From Alphaproteobacteria bacterium (GTDB taxonomy: Bacteria; Pseudomonadota; Alphaproteobacteria; GCA-2731375), in NCBI GenBank assembly GCA_965232515.1, contig CBDDPY010000002.1, positions 6,208,001-6,272,000 of the forward strand: a stretch of 64,000 nucleotides of DNA, given 5' to 3'. The notes under the pieces were generated by a model. The model saw only the letters and a program-made list of their open reading frames with translations, ran no database searches and was not told the DNA's origin. Positions 58,969-64,000 of this stretch are shown here, in pieces (the first letter of the stretch is position 1; each line of letters opens with the position of its first letter). Made by a program: the position numbers and the translations under genes.

Positions 58969-59166
58969 TTAATGCTGTGCGACGGTCTCGTGTTTGCTGC
59001 CAAACAGTCCGCGGACCTTCGCCACAAGCCCGTTGGTCAACCGTCCGATTTCGCGCGATTGTTCGCGCCGGCCTTGCGCCATCATCTCGTGCACATCCAG
59101 CTCGGAGATGTCGCCCAGCTCGCTATAGCCGGCGTACTTCGCCATGAATTTGTGCCCCTGATACAT
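58969..59166 (-). CDS. Small protein (65 aa), RSP_7527-like
   Basis: GAGGAG RBS before ATG 59166; LDVHEMMAQGRREQSREIGRL amphipathic helix; divergent from the LysR gene. Confidence 0.65.
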   Translation of the reverse strand: MYQGHKFMAKYAGYSELGDISELDVHEMMAQGRREQSREIGRLTNGLVAKVRGLFGSKHETVAQH

Positions 59167-59325
59167 CCTGATACTCCTCAATGTGCATCAACTTCGTGTT
59201 AGCTTTTCTCGTCTCTCGCGAGCCTCGGGCGTTTCCGTCGCTGTTCGGCGCTGATTGCTGTGTTGTTGGAGTGTTATTTGGGCGCCGGCGGTTGATCCGA
59301 CAAACGACTAATTCTATATGTCGTG

Positions 59326-59338
59326 TTAGATAAACTAA
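59326..59338. promoter_or_regulatory. LysR T-N11-A box
   Basis: TTAG-ATAAA-CTAA dyad in the AT-rich divergent promoter. Confidence 0.6.
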
Positions 59339-59376
59339 TTTGTCTTAACCTCTCGTAAAGGCGCGAGAATTTTTCC

Positions 59377-60321
59377 ATGACCCGCAGCCTTCCGCCCCTG
59401 AACGCGATCCGCGCCTTCGAGGCCGCCGCCCGTCATCTGAGCTTCAGCAAGGCGGCCGAGGAGCTTCATGTGACGCCGGCCGCGATCAGCCAGCAGATCA
59501 AGTCGCTGGAGCAACATCTGGGCGCGCCACTGTTCCACCGCCTCAACCGGGCGCTGACGCTCACCGAGGCCGGTAGTTCGCTGCTGCCGGGGGCCTCCGA
59601 CGGCTTGGATATCCTGGCCGTCTCCTGGCGCCGCGTGCGGCAGCAGGAGGCCGGCAGCCTCGACGTCAACACCTCGCCCGGCTTCGCGGCGAAATGGCTG
59701 ATCCCGCGCCTCGACCGCTTCCACACCATTCATCCCGACGTCGAGGTCCGTATCACGGCCAGCATGGAGCTGGTCGATTTCGACCGCGACGAGGTCGATG
59801 TCGGCATCCGGTTCGGCGCCGGCGGCTATGAGGGTTTGGAGGAAGAGCTGCTGATGGCCGAGGAAGTGATCCCGGTCTGCAGCCCGAAGCTGCTGGAGGG
59901 CGAGCATCCGCTGCGCACGCCGGAGGACCTGAAATACCACCAGTTCCTGCACGACGGCTCGCACCGGCCGGGCGTGATGACGCCGGACTGGCACATGTGG
60001 CTGGCGGCGATGGGTATCGAGGGCATCGAGGCGAACTACGGCATGACCTTCACGCCGTGGACGATGGTGATGCAGGCGGCGATCGAGGGGCAGGGCGTCG
60101 CGCTGGGCCGGCAAACACTGTGCGCCGCCGATCTGGAAGCCGGGCGGCTGGTGAACCCGTTCGACCTCAGCCTGCCGATCAGCTTCGCTCACCGGCTGGT
60201 CTATCTGCCGGGCGCGTTGGCGCGTCCGAAGGTCAAGGCGTTTCGCGACTGGATCGTCGACGAAACGGCGGAGATGCGCGAGGCCCTGAGATCGCTTGCG
60301 CCGGTTCAGGCCGCGGTCTAG
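59377..60321 (+). CDS. GcvA-like LysR transcriptional regulator
   Basis: LPPLNAIRAFEAAARHLSFSKAAEELHVT; WLIPRL..F...HP; GQGVAL. Confidence 0.92.
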   Translation: MTRSLPPLNAIRAFEAAARHLSFSKAAEELHVTPAAISQQIKSLEQHLGAPLFHRLNRALTLTEAGSSLLPGASDGLDILAVSWRRVRQQEAGSLDVNTSPGFAAKWLIPRLDRFHTIHPDVEVRITASMELVDFDRDEVDVGIRFGAGGYEGLEEELLMAEEVIPVCSPKLLEGEHPLRTPEDLKYHQFLHDGSHRPGVMTPDWHMWLAAMGIEGIEANYGMTFTPWTMVMQAAIEGQGVALGRQTLCAADLEAGRLVNPFDLSLPISFAHRLVYLPGALARPKVKAFRDWIVDETAEMREALRSLAPVQAAV

Positions 60322-60355
60322 TTTTCCGCCGAGCCGAAAACCAAAAAGCGGGTGA

Positions 60356-61564
<1,209 letters not shown>

Positions 61565-61574
61565 GGCCGGACCC

Positions 61575-62516
61575 ATGAAAATCGCCGTCATGGGGACTGG
61601 CGGTGTCGGCGGCTATTTCGGCGGCCGGCTGGCCGCCGCCGGCGCCGAGGTCAGCTTCATCGCCCGTGGCGCGCACCTGGCGGCGATCCGCGAATCCGGC
61701 CTCAGGATCGAGAGCCCGCTCGGCGACGCGCATCTGACGGACATCACCGCGACCGACGATCCGGCCGAGATCGGGCCGGTCGACCTGGTGGTGTTCGCCA
61801 CCAAGCTCTATGACGTCGAGAGCGCCGGCAATCTGTGCAAGCCGCTGATCGGCGACGGCACGCTGGTGGTCTCGTTCCTGAACGGGGTCGACTCCGAAGA
61901 GGCGCTGGCGTCGATCCTGGGCGAGCAGCATGTCGCCGGTGGCGTTGCCTACATCTCGGCCGAGATCGGCGAGCCCGGCTTGATCCGGCACCATTCGCAG
62001 TTCGCCCGCCTGGTATTCGGGACCATGGACGGCAGCGCCAGCCCGCTCCTGGAGCAGTTCCTGCAGCTTTGCCAGAAGGCCGGGATCGACGCCGCGCTGG
62101 AAGCGGATATCGCGGTGCCGATCTGGCGCAAGTTCGCCCTGTTGGCGAGCCTCGCGGCGATCACCTGTCTGACCCGGCTGCCGATCGGGCCGATCCGCGA
62201 CGATCCCGATTCCTGGCGCATGGCCCAGGACGCGATCCGCGAAGTGGTCGCCGTGGCGGAGGCCGTGGGCGTCGATATCGGCGCTGACGCGGTCGATGCC
62301 ACGATCAAGACCATGAGCGGACTGCCCGACGGCATGAAGGCCTCGATGCTGTTCGATCTGGAGCGCGGCAACCGGCTGGAGGTCGACTGGCTCTCCGGCA
62401 CCGTGTTCCGGCTTGCCCGGGCGCACGATCTCGACGTGCCCGTGCACCGGGTCGCCTATGCCGCGCTCAGGCCCTACGTGGACGGCGATAAGGTAAATTC
62501 TCCGACCAAAAGCTAG
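61575..62516 (+). CDS. panE: 2-dehydropantoate 2-reductase
   Basis: GTGGVGG, TKLY, NG, IWRK and SML.D...GNRLE motifs. Confidence 0.88.
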   Translation: MKIAVMGTGGVGGYFGGRLAAAGAEVSFIARGAHLAAIRESGLRIESPLGDAHLTDITATDDPAEIGPVDLVVFATKLYDVESAGNLCKPLIGDGTLVVSFLNGVDSEEALASILGEQHVAGGVAYISAEIGEPGLIRHHSQFARLVFGTMDGSASPLLEQFLQLCQKAGIDAALEADIAVPIWRKFALLASLAAITCLTRLPIGPIRDDPDSWRMAQDAIREVVAVAEAVGVDIGADAVDATIKTMSGLPDGMKASMLFDLERGNRLEVDWLSGTVFRLARAHDLDVPVHRVAYAALRPYVDGDKVNSPTKS

Positions 62517-62647
62517 CGGAATCGGGATTTCCGGCCGTTCACCCCGATTCTTCTTGCGCCCCCTTCGGGAAGTTTGAAAACATGACAGTCCCGTGTCGCC
62601 ACGGGACAGGGAAGGACACGTCAACGATACGAAGGAAGGGCGCACCC

Positions 62648-64000
62648 ATGAGCGTTTCGAAGCCCTCCGGTCCCCGCAGCGTGGCCCTGATCGGGCCCTA
62701 CATGAGCGGCAAAACGACGTTGCTCGAAAGCATCTTGTGGGTGACTGGCGCGACCAGCCGGAAAGGGTCGGTGACCGACGGCAATACCGTCGGCGACAGC
62801 GCACAGGAAGCGCGCGACCGCCAGATGAGCACCGAAGTGAATGTCGCGACGACGACGTTCCTGGACGACCGTTTCACGTTTCTCGATTGCCCCGGCTCGG
62901 TCGAGTTGCTGCAGGAGACGCTCAACGTGCTGCCTGGGGTCGATGCCGCGGTCCTCGTCTGCGAGCCCGACCGGGACAAGTTCCTGGGCCTGATGCCGTT
63001 GATGAAGGCGTTGGAGGATGCCGGCATTCCGCGCATGGTCTTCGTCAACAAGATCGACAAGGCGACCGGACACGTCGCCGCCCTGCTGGATTCCCTGCAA
63101 CCGGTCTCGTCGCATCCGCTGGTGCTGCGGCAGTTGCCGATCCGCGAAGGCGAGAGCATCACCGGTTACATCGATCTCGCCTCCGAACGGACGTTTGTCT
63201 ACAAGCCGAACCAGCCGTCGGAGATCGTCGAGACGCCCGATTCCATGAATGACAGCGTCGGTGAAGCCCGCTACCAGATGCTGGAGACGCTGGCCGACTT
63301 CAACGACGAGCTGATGGAGAAGGTGCTGGAGGACGTCGAGCCCGAGAAGGACGAGGTCTATCAGAACCTGACCAGCGACTATCAGAACGGCCTGATCGTG
63401 CCGGTGATCTTCGGCGCCGCCGAGATGGACCACGGTGTCCGTCGCCTGCTGAAGGCCCTGCGCCACGAGGTGCCTTCGGCGGCGAAGGCGGCCGAGCGCG
63501 TCGGCGTCAGCGGCGATGAGCCGAAGGCCCAAGTGTTAAAGACCTATCACACGCAGCACGGCGGCAAGCTGTCGATCGCCCGGATCTGGTCCGGCGGCAT
63601 CAAGGACGGCATGACACTGAACGACGAGCGGGTTTCCGGCCTGTTCCTGATGTCCGGCCACAACACCGAAAAGATTTCCGATGCGGGACCCGGCGACGTG
63701 GTCGGTCTCGGCCGGCTCGAAAGCATCGTAACCGGCGACACGTTGGGCGCGGCGAAGGAGGTCGAAGGGCTGCCGAAAGCCGAGATCCTGCAGCCGGTTT
63801 TCGCCCAGGCAATCTCGACCGATAAGCGCGAGGACGAGGTCAAGCTGTCCGGCGCGTTGCAGAAGGTCGGCGAGGAAGACCCGTCGATCATTTACGGGCA
63901 CGAAGAAGACACCCACGAGTTCGTGCTGCGTGGTCAGGGCGACATTCACCTGAAAATCGCCTGCGACCGTCTGCTGAACAAATACGGCCTGTCGGTGTCG
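62648..64000 (+). CDS. Elongation factor G-like protein (EF-G2), runs off the window
   Basis: Manual translation from ATG 62648 gives VALIGPYMSGKTTLLE, FLDCPGSVE, FVNKID, KVGEEDPS and GQGDIHL. Not in the ORF track. Confidence 0.9.
   Translation, partial: MSVSKPSGPRSVALIGPYMSGKTTLLESILWVTGATSRKGSVTDGNTVGDSAQEARDRQMSTEVNVATTTFLDDRFTFLDCPGSVELLQETLNVLPGVDAAVLVCEPDRDKFLGLMPLMKALEDAGIPRMVFVNKIDKATGHVAALLDSLQPVSSHPLVLRQLPIREGESITGYIDLASERTFVYKPNQPSEIVETPDSMNDSVGEARYQMLETLADFNDELMEKVLEDVEPEKDEVYQNLTSDYQNGLIVPVIFGAAEMDHGVRRLLKALRHEVPSAAKAAERVGVSGDEPKAQVLKTYHTQHGGKLSIARIWSGGIKDGMTLNDERVSGLFLMSGHNTEKISDAGPGDVVGLGRLESIVTGDTLGAAKEVEGLPKAEILQPVFAQAISTDKREDEVKLSGALQKVGEEDPSIIYGHEEDTHEFVLRGQGDIHLKIACDRLLNKYGLSVS

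Overview
High-GC chromosomal window of an Alphaproteobacterium, inferred from gene content and order, petABC, phasins, CtrA-type and RegA-type motifs. Most of it is housekeeping: trmL, petABC, mtnP-apt, ychF/pth/rplY/prs, pgeF-midA-lgt, ubiK, ybjN-proC, phasins, an OmpR/EnvZ-like pair with a MarR regulator, ilvE, Moco genes, pgsA-uvrC, uvrB, ltnD-otnK-otnC, a LysR regulator, aspartate aminotransferase, panE and a second EF-G. The main candidate is a minus-strand four-gene cassette at about 23.5-26.9 kb, between ubiK and ybjN. It encodes a Cys-rich protein with a twin-arginine/leader-like N-terminus, a stand-alone PqqD/RRE, an HprK-related kinase and a nucleotidyltransferase. Upstream are a near-consensus sigma54 promoter, a probable IHF site and two tandem TGT-N11-ACA enhancer boxes. 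This looks like a RiPP-style protein-modification system with no lasso cyclase or peptidase and a candidate substrate. The second candidate is the non-coding region upstream of uvrC, which has three DnaA boxes in a DARS-like spacing, an IHF-like site and a perfect CtrA box. Also notable: a class GN sortase with its VIT-vWA target, a FosA-like gene, a CblC/QueG-like Fe-S protein, an MFS gene that may start at a non-canonical codon, and two small ORFs. No rRNA, tRNA, CRISPR array or transposase was seen. All family calls come from motif recognition by eye; no database searches were run.
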